From Phoronis australis (lineage: Eukaryota > Animalia > Phoronida), in assembly GCA_002633005.1 (NCBI GenBank), contig NMRA01000375.1:1-64000 (forward strand): a stretch of 64,000 nt of DNA. Reading direction: 5' to 3'. Both the position numbers and the translations under genes were made by a program. The notes beneath the pieces are model-generated. The model was not told the DNA's origin, did no database searches, and saw nothing but the letters and a program-made list of their open reading frames with translations. How positions within the stretch are numbered: the first letter of the stretch is position 1; the number at the start of each line of letters is the position of its first letter. Of this stretch, positions 14,001 through 27,900 are shown piece by piece.

Positions 14001-15857
14001 ACGAGCCCACTAACCGTAAAATCCGACAAATAAGAAAACGTGCCAATATGCGAAATAACGCGTATTTTGCACGATTTTTCTATTCAAACGTTACGTACAT
14101 GTAAATAGGTGCATGCGCCAAAGTTCTACATGCGGGTCTCCTTGTACACAAGCGCACCCTGACTTTCCGATCAAAGGCGCACCTTGAATGTTTCTGAGAA
14201 ATCATAATTTCATCTAAAGGCTTTAGCTTTGATCATCGATAAAATGGAAGTATGTGTAACACTTAGATCACGACGTCAATTACATCTATATGTTACGTTA
14301 TTTAATTAATGTTTTTCAAAACAAAACGTTAAAATGTTTTGTAAACAAGTTGACCTGTGTCTATGCAAATCAAGTTCAGGTTCTTCCGTGACAAATCGAC
14401 ATGTCTCTATGCAAATGAAGTACATTGTACAGGCTCACTATGTCAGTCAAAAGAAGTTGCACTATTTTCACTTGCAAACTAAAAATTTATGTTTTTTAAA
14501 AAGCATTTAAGGTGCTCTTTTAACTGGAGCATGATAATCAGGGCAAAATCAACCTAAGTGTTTCGCATAGGACGCATGCGTCTAAGCTCTGAAATTAGGC
14601 GCAGCTCCAAAATTAGGCGCACGCGCTCAATTACAGGGTTTTGCGATAGCTCCGCAGTATACGCTGAACGGTCAACAACTAAGCCAAATCATACTGGTTA
14701 CACATGACGAGTATTCTATTTTTATTTTTACTTTTATTTTAAGCGCACAGGAAAGGCAAAGACGCCGAACTTGATTTCAGGAAAAGATGTGAAGACGTCA
14801 GCTCTTCAATGATGTTTAACTACATGTATCTTATTGGGGTCAGACAGTGACTTTTGTGAGTGAACTTGATAGATAAGTCAGTCGCAAACCAACAGCGATA
14901 CCATTATATATGCGCGTATTTAGGCTCATGTGTCTATTTTCGAAACCATGCCTATATCCCCAATCAGGCGCATACGCTTATAGGCGAACTACTTGAGTAA
15001 ATCCATGCTTAAATTTTATGCTCCGGATATAGGCGCATACCATTTATTTGTTTTAAATACTTTTATCTTTTTGACTCGTGGAATGTAGTGAAGAATTTTG
15101 CGAATTATAGGCTCGCATAATACGCCTAGAAGTACATGTATGCATACTGAACGTGCATGTAATAGTTTGCAACTTAATCGTAAGTACTTAGTTTGTTTTT
15201 CAGATGAAAACTGTTGTCATTTTACTGGTTTTGCTGGGAAGGCTAATTCAATGGTCTAATTAAATCAATCAATAATTTCCTTAATTTACCCTCCAAACAA
15301 TGTACTCTATTCAGCTCCGGTTCAACTAATAATGTACGGTAGCATTTCTCTACAAATACAAAACAGCAATTTTGGGAAAATTAGCGAAAGAACTGGACTG
15401 TTATCTGTTATCCCTCCAAGTGACATGAAATTAGCGAAAGAACTGGACTGTTATCTGTTATCCCTCCAAGTGACATGAAATTAGCGAAAGAACTGGACTG
15501 TTATCTGTTATCCCTCCAAGTGACATGAAATTAGCGAAATAACTGGACTGTTATCTGTTATCCCTCCAAGTGACATGAAATTCATAAGTGAGCCTAACAA
15601 AACGTAATATATGAGTTACAATCTAGGAGATGCACTGCCAAATGTTTCGCACAGGTAAGATTATGTCGAGGACTATGCGTTTGCATGTATCCACAGCAAG
15701 GCATGCGCCTGTACAAGGACATCTGCCTGCACTTGTAAGCGAAATTCAGGCGCATGGGTGCATATGCGAAACACTTGAATAAACAATTCTCTTTCAATTG
15801 GAAAAGAACGCATTGTTTCGATTATAGGCGCATTTGCACAAATGCGCGCATTATATG

Positions 15858-15923
<66 letters not shown>

Positions 15924-18900
15924 GTATATGTATATGTATATATATACACACACACTATAACGCTTGTTTGTACATTGGCTGGTTCCAGATCCAAACGCTA
16001 GATGATGTGGCAGCTACCTGTCTAGGCAGGAAAACTCTACTCCATTCTGTAACACGTTAACAGTGCTGACAAGAGAGGCCCTGTTATAGCAACAGTTTCT
16101 AGTCTATTCAGAAACTGTGGAAGAGTGTGCGCCGACCATTTCCCCTCCAATGGCTGTGACGAGAGGATGTATGCTCCTATTGGTGGCGCTTAGTACTATT
16201 TTGCGGACAGTCTCTTCCAATATCTGTGTGCACCGGAGAGAAAAGGTGCTGACCATGGAGGAAACGCTGAACTTGGCGAGCGCCGCAACTGTGGACCTGT
16301 GGAACTGTGGAATCTATCAGATTCGCAGTGACGCTTTCACCCCTTTGTCAAAAGTGAAGAAACTAATTCTTGGGAAGAACCTAATAAATGGTCTCGCCGA
16401 CAGACTTTTTTCTGTCTTAACTGAATTAAAATGGCTGGATTTGAGAGACAACAGAATAAGTGAACTGACAAGCAAAACTTTTTCTGGCTTGGTTAGCTTG
16501 GAATATCTAGATCTAACAAGTAATCGCTTATCCTTTTTGTCAAAAGACATATTTGCAGACATGCCTTTGATAAAAGTTTTACTTTTGACAAACAACACTG
16601 TTGCTTCGCTGGATGGCAATTCTTTTGGCGATAGCTTGCAAAGTCTTGAAAGATTACATATTGGAAACAATGTCATTTCTTGGATAGAAAATGGGACGTT
16701 TAGGTGCTTGAACAGTTTGTTAAGTCTTCAGCTCGAAAACAACCATTTAAGAGCAGTGCACAAGAATGTTTTTGACGGACTGGAGAATTTAAAAATCTTA
16801 ATTTTGAGAAACAATTCTATAAGCGCGGTTCGTGGTCTGGTGCTCGCTAGAATGGAATACTTGGATTTGCAGCAAAACCATTTGGGGGTAGTTGAAGCCG
16901 CGTGTTTCCCATCCAATCAAACAGTGCGTGTTGATCTGTCATTTAACAAAGTTTCAAAATTTGAAAACGGCACATTTTTTTCTCTTTCGTCTGTTAAATG
17001 GCTTAGGCTACGCGGAAACTGGCTGCCACTGGTGAAGAAAGACACGTTCATTTATCTGGAATCATTGCAAACACTTAGTCTGGCAGCCAACAGAATAGAA
17101 GAAATAGAAGAAAAGTCGTTTTATCATATGAGAGATCTGTTGAACTTATTCCTATCTTATAACCGAATTACTGTCTTGGAGCGCGGGACATTTGTAGGTC
17201 TAACAAAAATACGCAAACTGTATCTAAACTTCAACGGTATACATTCACTTGGAGAACGAACTTTTGAAGACTTAACGAGTCTCACAATTCTTGGCTTGCG
17301 TGGCAATAAAATTAAGGCGATAAATTCTGTAGATTTCTTAGGCCCAAAACGTCTCATGCGCTTAGAAATGGACGGTAATGAAGTAGATGCGCTGGAGATT
17401 TTTACCCCTATTAACTGTGATGATGTCATTTTGGAAGTAACAGATGTGAACTTTACATTTAACTCGTCATATCTCACAAAGGTCAGAAAACTGAAGCTGA
17501 AAGGAAACTTTGAACAATTTAAAATTTCACAAACGTTTGTTTGGAATTTTCGGAACATCATTAGCCTTGAGCTATCGTGGTGTAACATATCTGACCTTAG
17601 TGATCAACCTTTTCAGTTGCTTCCTCCGCTTAAGTTTCTCGTTCTCGCTAGAAATAAATTGAAATACATATCTGACTTCATGCTTGAAGGGCTCGGATCT
17701 CTAATGAGTTTAAACCTGTCGCACAACGAGATTGTGTCACTTTCAAGAAATGCCTTTAGTGAACTGAAGTTACTTAGAGTGCTCTATCTTACAGGAAACG
17801 GGATAGTGCATATTAGTAATAACATGTTACCAAGTAACATCATACGACTTGGAATTAAGGATAACAATATCGAAAACTTGGCGATCGCCAAAATAATCAC
17901 GTTAACGTTTCTGGACTTAAGCTATAACAACCTTGGTTCTGTAACAAACAATACACTCTCAGGACTGCCGAATATTCGTACGTTGTATATGGCATATGCC
18001 CAAATTGAACACGTAGATGAACATGCCTTTGATCAGTTGATTTTTTTATGGCATCTTTGTCTGTCTGGAAATAGAATTCGAATAGTAAGTCAGTATTTGT
18101 TTCGTTCTCTTACGTCGTTGGGACATCTTGAAATGGATAATTGTGGCATAACAGGAATTGAGGATGGGATCATGAATCTACTGACCAGATTGCGATACTT
18201 CTATCTTCGTAATAACAGTATAAAAGTTTTACCACTAGACATATTGCGAAAGGTAGCTAGCCGAGAAAAGCCGCTAAAACTGTTTGTATCTAGCAATCCA
18301 CTGCACTGCAACTGCTTGGTCTATCCCTTACAGCTTTGGGTCTACTACTACTACAGAAATCCCAGACTCACATATGACATCCCTACATGCGATTCTCCCA
18401 ATATAACTCTCCCTACCATTGAATCTTTCTTATCCCTTGATGTTGTATGTCGTTCGCTCAGTTATCCGGTAATAGAAGTCAAACATAACGACAAGAAGGT
18501 GCTCATCCAGTGCACGTCTTATGGAGATCCACCTCCAAGTATAGTAATCAAAGACCCTGGAGGAAATGACATTAATTGTTCTTCTCAAATCAATTTTACC
18601 GAAGCCAAATCGGTCGGAGTTTCGAATATTCCCGCAGACAATTTTCTTGAGGGCAACTACAGCTGTACAGCTTCAAATATTATGATGCAGTTAACAAGTG
18701 CAAAGCTCATTAAAGGTGAAAAGAAAAGTGAAGTTGAGCAAGTCGACACAAGTCGCGGTGGCTTGCCTTCTGAAGTGTATCTGATAGGAGGGATCGCGGG
18801 TGGTGTGGTAGCGTGTGCAGTAGCTTTAGGTGTCATTTTGTCGGTCTACATCGTACGTCGATACAACGCCCCGTCCAACGAGTCCACTACTAATGCTGTG

Positions 18901-21900
18901 ACAAATCAGGGTCAACTTGCAGACACTCGAATTTAAGATATTTGACATTTGTATCTGTGAATGTATGTTTCTCATTTACAATTACTTTATAAATGAATTG
19001 TGAATTTGTTGTTTTCTGTTGTAATAAAGATCACAGCGCGGCAAAATCTTATATTAGAACCTACTGAACGTTCACTTCAGCAAACACTCAGTGGACGGTA
19101 TGTTTCAATTGTTTTACGTTAGCATGTATTCTTTTGGAAGATTTATTGAGGCAGGTCCACACCTACGTGCGAATGGATTGTACTGGCGTTCAGGCTCTCG
19201 TTGTACACGTATGCACTTTTGATACAGGTGCGCAAGTCTTCAGCAATTGCAACTTGAACACTATTAGAAAGCACTAATTTAGTAAAAATTATGTCATGTT
19301 TCCCCTTGTATGATACACCTCCACCGAACGTACACGGGTCCCCTCAAACAAAGCGTCCGACGTAATGTTTGTTCCAATGCCCCAGTTAGTGTTGCGAAGA
19401 CTTGGCTTGTGCATAGTGAACTCTTGAGTCACCTTCCGCAACTGTCTTTCTAACTAACTGATTCATCAAATAAAGCGCCCTCAGGAGCGAAGCTTCACGA
19501 AATCGAATGAAGAAATTCGAAGCGAGGTCGACAATGAAAGCAAGAACACCACCGACGAAGACGCCAATGACAATAACGATAACCAAAACACCGCTGATGA
19601 CGCTTACACTTGACACAAATATCAAAGACACCGCTAACAACTCAATGACGCCTATTTTTACTGCTATGTTGACCTATTTTTCTCGTTCAACTTGTTTAAA
19701 GTGACCAACAACGTGTACTTGTTCCGGTTAAGTGTCTGATACAATACGACGCATTGTAAACGAACTTCAAACTTCAACATTTTCTCAAATGAATTCAATG
19801 GAAAATTACACGAAAATGTGCAACTTTAAAAGCTCGATTTTTACACCTAAAAAGCACACCTATGAATGAGGTGGGAAACGCTAAAATAAAATTACCAAGT
19901 GAAAGTAGTCATAGAAGTCTTTCAAACCACCTACAGTTCAGGGCCCACTGACTGCTATCACAGGTGACTTTGTCGACACTCTCTACGACGATGAAAATAA
20001 TAGCATCATCGTCATCATCATTATCATCTTTATCATTAAATGTACGACACTGCGGCAAACAACAGCATCGACGACGACGAGCTGGCAGCCTTCAGCAACG
20101 CTGATGCATCGACAATGATTACGAAACCGTAAATATTGAGGATACTACTGACATGAAATCGCTTCAAACTTTCATTGCCAAAAACAGGAACACGTACCAC
20201 TGACGCCGATCGCGTCAGAAGACACTCATGACACTGACGAGGCCAAGGACGAACACGCCGCCGACACTAAGGACGACTTTAAAACGACAAAATCATTATC
20301 GCCATCAAACATTGACGACGAACACTGATGAGCAGGGGCGGATCCAGGATTTTGAGTAAGGGGAGCAGGGCAGAGTATTTGCCAGTATTTTGCCTGTCAG
20401 ACATGTAATCTGGGAGAATTTTAGGGGAGGCCATGCCTCCCCCTCTAAATCCCCCACTGATGACGAAATTGAATAAAAAAGAAAAGATAATTGAGCAGTG
20501 AAATCAATTGGCAAGAGTGTAAAATATAATGATCTATAAATAAGGGAATTACGGTTTTTCAAAACGCCCAAATAGAGAAGTGTAAATCGCCGCAAAATCT
20601 GCCAACGTACCAGTATCCAACCTCAATTATCAGTAGATCTCAAATAGCTCGAGATTACCATAAGTCGTAACCAGAAAACGGTCCTATAGTTCTTGGGAAA
20701 GCGAAAATTCAAAATCTGGCCACCAAAGTGCCATCTTTTGGTCGATTTCCCCCAAAAACTAACCTCGAGGTTTTTACAAAATGCACATTGTGTGTAAATT
20801 TCATAACTATTGGACTAAAACGTCTTAACAGCAAAGCAACACACACCGCAAAGTTCCATTTCCCAGGTAACAAATTTCCTGACAGAGCAATTCACACTTA
20901 GAAAATATCATTTTCTCAAGAAATAATGTAAACAAAATTCATCGATGAAACGGACACTGCTTTTGGCACCAACGAACTTGTTGCCATGTTCGACTGAAAA
21001 TTCCGCCATCGATCTCCACTTAGTGGTCTTACTTGATCCCTGCGAGTTGTCAACTCATGTATCACTGAAGAGCATTGTTTAATTGAATGTTTAGTAAATA
21101 CCGTGACTCCTGGTCTTCCTGGTACCCCAGGTAGTCCGTCTGCACCCGCTGGTCCAGGTAAACCGTCTGACCCACTGCTGCCGTCACGCCCTGGCTCGCC
21201 AGTGTCACCCTGAAGGTAAATTACGGCCTCAAAAATATCATAAACTACAATATACGACAAGTAAAACGTGACAAAATTGCCACCAATTAGCTCCACCGAG
21301 GACGTAATGCAAATTTGGAAAACCGGAAGTGAACTCGACTTCCTGATTCTTGTTTTTGTGACATGATCAAAGGAAACAGCGGTCGCCATGATATTATGTA
21401 TCATGTTCCTGATTGTTATACTACAGGCACATCCAGGTGTGCGACTGAGTTGTGGTTATGCAGTGTGGCTTTAAACTTCTTTTGCTCATGCTATTGTCAC
21501 CTGTGACCACAGTCAAAATACGTACTGTCAGGAACATATTACCATTCTGTTGGTAATGTCCTCCTGATACTGCGCATGTTATCATCATATATGTAATTAT
21601 TTCCCATACCTGGTTCAGGCTGGAGTCACTACTCATTGCGACACAAATGGAGTGTTGCGTGGGCTTATTCAGTGTTGTACCGGCTAACCAGGCTCCNNNN
21701 NNNNNNNNNNNNNNNNNNNNNNNNNNNNNNNNNNNNNNNNNNNNNNNNNNNNNNNNNNNNNNGGTCCGCGTAGAAAGTATTTTGATCAACAATTTACAAG
21801 AAAAAACGTAACCCTGCATTCAGCATAATACCTAATCCGTAACACTACGATCGCCGCAATTTGGTCATATTTACTTTTCATGTTTCGAACCTAGTTTTCC

Positions 21901-24900
21901 GATAAAAATTAAACCCTTTCGTCAGACAACTCTTTGGCGCCTTAACTTGTTCTCTAATGTAATTTTCTACGTCTCTGTAGTTAATTGTCGACACATCATT
22001 AAAATTTAATATCCAGGTTGGACTCGAAAGACCGGCTATTTAACTCACGCAATGTCTACTTTCGCTTTGTTTATCGCAGTGAGCCTCGCTTTGGATCTTC
22101 ATGGCCGCCGCGTGAATAGGGTCTATAAGGCGTAACCAGAAAACGGTCCTATGGTTCTTGGGAAAGCGAAAATTCAAAAACTGGCCACCAAAGTGCCATC
22201 TTTTGGTCGACTTCCCCAAAAACTAGCCTCGGGGTTTTTACAAAATGCACAATGTGTGTTAATTTCATAACTATTGGACTAAAACGTCTTAACAGCAAAG
22301 CAACACACACCGCAAAGTTCCATTTCCCAGGTAACAAATTTCCTGACAGAGCAATTCACACTTAGAAATAATGTAAACAAAATTCATTGATGAAACGGAC
22401 ACTGCTTTTGGCACCAACGAACTTATTGCCATGTTCGACTGAAAATTCCGCCATCGATCTCCACTTAGTGGTCTTACTTGATCCATGCGAGTTGTCAACT
22501 CATGTATCACTGAAGAGCATTTGTTTAATTGACTGTTAAGTAAATACCGTGACTCCTGGTCTTCCTGGTACCCCAGGTAGTCCGTCTGCACCCGCTGGTC
22601 CAGCTAAACCGTCTGACCCACTGCTGCCGTCACGCCCTGGCTCGCCAGTGTCACCCTGAAGGTAAATTACGGTCTCAAAAATATCATAAACTACAGTATA
22701 CGACAAGTAAAACGTGACAAAATTGCCACCAATTAGCTCCACCGAAGACGTAATGCAAATTTGGAAAACCGGAAGTGAACTCGACTTCCTGATTCTTGTT
22801 TTTGTGACATGATCAAAGGAAACAACGGTCGCCATGATATTATGTATCACGTTCCTGATTGTTATGCTACAGGCACATCCAGGTGTGCGACTGAGTTGTG
22901 GTTATGCAGTGTGGCTTTAAACTTCTTTTGCTCATGCTATTGTCACCTGTGACCACAGTCAAAATACGTACTGTCAGGAACATATTACCATTCTATTGGT
23001 AATGTCCTCCTGATACTGCGCATGTTATCATCATATATCTAATTATTTCCCATACCTGGTTCAGGCTGGAGTCACTACTCATTGCGACACAAATGGAGTG
23101 TTGCGTGGGCTTATTCAGTGTTGTACCGGCTAACCAGGCTCCACACACAATGAGCAGTAGCCTATAAATGACTGTACAGCAATTTTTTCACACAACTTAT
23201 ACTCGACGAATCTATAGCATCGACAACTTGCAGAAGGAATTGCCAGAAACGAGCAACATTTGCCATGTCCCATACGGTACAGCTGTATGCACGCAACAGA
23301 GACGATTCGGCTGATCCTACTTAAAGGACCAATTAACCGGCTGGTAAATTGGTAAATCTAACATGCCTTTTTCTCGGCCAGGAATACATGTAAATGAACT
23401 CCGGCATTCGATAACGACAGTAACGGTTGCTCGTTAATAAACGGTCTTGAGTCTATAATCAAGTATACCATAGTCACCAATGGTAAATGCCGTTAACACT
23501 GTCTCGGAAGCATGGCGTAAAAATCGAGCAGCTACAATTGATTTACCACTCGCCCATTAAAATGTGTTCTACAATAGATAAACAAGATCCTGGGGGGTAC
23601 TCTCATTGATTAGGTGTGTGTGGGTGTGGTTCCAGAGAGGGTTACCTTTTGAGAAGAAGCACTTGGGAACATTTTCACCAAACACTATACCGGGATACTA
23701 AATACAGAGTAAATATTTCACCCACAACTATGCAACGGAGACGTTTTACAGAGCCCAAGAGAAACGCTTTGTTGAGGAAGGATGATCAATTTTAGCAAAA
23801 ATATAACGGGTGTTCTCAACTGTATGTAATCACAAACGTACAGCAACTGCCGGCGAGTGGCTGTGTTTGCATCTGGCGCGCCTCCTGCCCACGGACATGT
23901 GATTGATGCCCCAATCACCATTACGTTTCCTGTAGTTTTTCATTATTGCGTGAAACGCAAAAGGATTATAAACACTCTTGGTACGTGTTGACTGAAACGT
24001 TGGAACTATTTCATCCCTCGAATCTAAGGCGAATTTTCAACGAAATCAAAACACGGTTTACATGTGCTAGGTAACCATGAATTAATCTCAATGTGTCTTA
24101 GGTCTGAAAGAACAATCTTCTTGGAAAAAGAGCATAGAATTTGGAAAATTAGTTGAAGAGGTCAAAGAAATTAGAATGCTCATAGAAGCAACACTGTCGT
24201 GTGACAACAAAGGTCCTAGGCGTATTTTTGTGCAGAATATAACTTTCATAATTATCAGGTAATTTAAAACATGACGTTTCATGGGCCAAATATTGAAGAT
24301 ATTTAACCCTCATTCCACCAGTGCATCAAAAGGACGACTCTAGGGTCACCGAATCAGATCTTGAAAAAAATTGTTCATACTTCCTGGTGAAATAGGTTCA
24401 AAATATTTGTTTAAAATTGTTGGGCCACTATTTTTTAAGTTACACCATTATGAATATTTTGGCCCAAAATAGCTTATTTTTGGTTAAACAAGGTTCAATT
24501 AGCCAAGTCGTTTTCGAAACGGCTTAAAAGAACGGGAAATAAAAAATCTCTATGATGTTTATGTAGACACTGACCATCTCTAACAGAAGACAGTCTTCGC
24601 ATTTTTAAAGGAGTTTCCATTAACATTCACTGGTGGGTCAAAATTCGGTAAATTTGGCCAAATTTTATGTTTGATTTTTAGCCAATTATTTAGATGCTCT
24701 GGATGCCAGTTTGCTGGCTTCTGGTGATTTCAAATAATATTTTCCATCAGTTGTTGTCTGACCAAGAAAATGAAAAATAAAAACTGTGATTTTTGTTTGT
24801 TTTCAATCAACAGGCGATAGAAATGGCATACCATCCTGTATTTTACAGTGCCGACTACGGGAAGTATGCAGATAGCACACGTGTGTTTAAAACGACGTTT

Positions 24901-27900
24901 TGATATTAATCTAACATTCTGTTGCGGTTGTTTTCTGTCTATTATTGTACCTGACCATGACGTCGGATTAATATCGAAACATGCTTCACTCTAGCGTCGT
25001 GTTTGTTTTCCAATTCTTACTTCAAATTTGGCCAAAAACTAATACCATTTACATGCTTTGATATATCCTGAAGCAGAAAGTAACTCGTTGCAAAACATGA
25101 AACAAGGGCAAAATTTGTACATGAAATTCAGAAAAAATATCTCGACACATAATCTTATATTGAAGAAAAGAGAAAAGTTGACTTTCAAACAAAAAAACGA
25201 TTTCAAAACAATTTCAACATTACTATTTTTAGAAAAGTGCACAGTCAATTGAATGGGCAATAACATTGAAATAAATAGTCTATTCATAACAGTTATGGCA
25301 CAAACACCGGAAAATTGTGCAAAACTGCTTTTTTGTAGCAACCTGTCTGCAAATGTATTACCCCTACAGGTAAATCTTCATCGATGACAATGTAGCCGGT
25401 TGAACATGCCTTTCAGTTCAGCAAAAGTCTCCATGTTGTCCAGCGTGAATTGTGAATATTTTAACCACTCAATAAGTTATCACCTGTGTGATTTGCTGTT
25501 AGAATATTTGTGAAAATAATTTTTAAGCACTTTTAAACCTTCAAGATGGCCGACCTGATAAAAATTAGTCAAAATTTGACACATACATACCAATAACTTT
25601 TGAACGCACGATGCGATTTTAATAATTTTTGTTTTTTTGCCTTTCCTGTGATCTAGCCTTTTGACTTCAAAGTGAAAAAATAATGTTCGATTCGTCCGCT
25701 TCATATAGTCTTGAACCCTTAATTAAAAAGAATTGTTTATCAATAAAAGCTAAATCGTCTTGAAATAGTACATCAATCGCAATATTTCATTAAAAATCCC
25801 ATGAATTATTCGTATCAGCCTAAAAATTGTCTCTGAGGGCGTCACCTGTGCCTGTGTAACCTCTGACCCACGGTCAGTTATGAAGCTGAATGGGTGAAAT
25901 GATGTATGGATATGTCAGATAGCATTATGATCTCTAAAATATTGTTTTTCATTAATTATTTCTTCTTGAAAACTATTTTAAATGCAATGAAGTCACAAAA
26001 ACATTCCTTTAAAAGTTGTAGAATAGGCAACTTTGCCGCATTTTTAGAACAAAAAATAAAAAAGCACATTTCTAAATTTGTCAACACATCCAAGACGTAT
26101 CCATAAACATATCTGTCAACGTCCACAGCCCCGCAGACTGGCTTGCAGAAGCCCTTGAGTGACACCCACTTTCAACACTACAAAAAAGTGCCTCCGGATT
26201 TATCCCCCCTGATGAATGCAACAAAATTATTAGTATCACTTTTAGTTGGTAGTTGTTATGTCCCACTTAAACGCTCGAGGTATTAAAATATCTCAATGGC
26301 ACATTCTAGTCAACAGAAACAAGAGATTGTACCTTTTGTCCCTCTTTTCCCTGAAGAACGCTGACGTCACCTGGTTCTCCTTTGGTACCCTGCAAACACA
26401 ATGAGACGTTTATTTTATAACACTTCACACCGACACCAAATGCGTTACCAGAACGTATGAGGAAATACGTCTACAAAGCCATACTTACCGGCGGTCCTAT
26501 GACTCCCGGGGGTCCAGGCTTTCCCTGAAATACAATACAAAAATAAGTCGCCCGATAAAAGCAAAGAAAATTGTATTCATTAAATGAAAGACGCCATGCT
26601 GATAAAATGCATAAAAGTGATAGAATGTCTGATTTCTTATTGTTGACAGTGAGTGAAGGGGACTGAGTAAGATTCTTCACATCACTACTCCTTAAAAGTA
26701 CTCGCTCAGTTAAGAACACACATTGGGCAGTTCTCAACACTTTTGAACACACAATATCTGAACAGTAGTTGAACCAATTTAACACCTACGCAATGACACA
26801 GGAAGGAATACTGTGGAATCCCAAGTCATCGCAATGCCGTCAAATAATGTTGGGAATGTAAAATGGTCTAAACCAAAACGGTTCTTTGACAATCAATTAG
26901 CTTTATCAGGTCGTTCATCTTTACGCATGCCAAGAATGGCAAATTATAGAAATCCTTCCCTTCTCACTACCTAATAACTGGAAATACCGCTCCTTGTAAA
27001 GAGGGTGGTCATAAACAGTCCTGCCTCCCGCAGACCCAAGAAACTTGTTAACCTTGACGCATGATCACGCAACACTCCGCTACATATCGCCAAGTATTAC
27101 AACCGAGTCACGTGGTCTCGCTAGCCTTGGATCTACAGAATGCTGCCCAGATTTGTGAGGGATGTACTCACCAGCAACCCATCCTCGCCTGGAGGTCCTG
27201 GCAGACCGTCTACGCCTGGGTCACCCTTTTCTCCAGCTTTTCCTTCAATTCCCCTAGGCCCTGGGGTGCCCTGGATCCCCTTCAAGTTAAAAACAATTTT
27301 AGAGGCGTCCTTCAATGTCATTGTCATTTATGTAATTTCGAAACGAGATTGCAATTGCACATCCCGAGCTCTCAAATATGATTACTATGTTGGGATACCT
27401 ATGTACTTTTGAATCTCGTTTGCTTTGAGTTTCACCTTGTCAAGAGACTAAATAATTCAAGTTCTGGAATGAGACGAATACAGTTTTTTTGATTGCATTA
27501 TACATGTATGCAGTGAAGAGTCATTAGGGGGTATATAAATGTATGGTCTAGTAAATCGGTTCGAACATATTTCATCACAGTCTAAGATTGCAGATTTCTG
27601 AGGTCCCGAAATTAAGCGCAGCATCGCTATGAGATACAAGTCATCATGGTACACTCTTGATCTCCTGGTTATACAAGCATGATGTTAAACACGATTTTAT
27701 TTCACTTCAAAAATGTTCACGCCGCAAGCTTCGTGATCTCTAGAAAAACAATATCGTGGTCGTTTCTTCAATATTTTTTCAGTCTTGTAGGAATACTACT
27801 TTCTCTGGACCTGGCGTACACGCATGTACGCTGCTTACCGATGGCCCTTGCTCGCCTGGCTGACCAGCAGCCCCTGTTCCGCCTCTTCTTCCCTGTAAAA

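Larger units (their letters stand above)
20660..23142. repeat. ~1 kb near-identical direct duplication (20660-21696 and 22125-23142) around N-gap 21697-21762
   Basis: Copies differ by scattered SNPs and a ~20-bp indel. Copy A stops exactly at the gap. Confidence 0.9.

Noticed and set aside
16317-17588. Minus-strand ORFs overlapping the LRR gene
   Set aside because: Antisense shadows with no recognisable domain.
24303-26290. AT-rich block starting TTAACCC, possible piggyBac-like element
   Set aside because: No matching right TIR or transposase remnant found.
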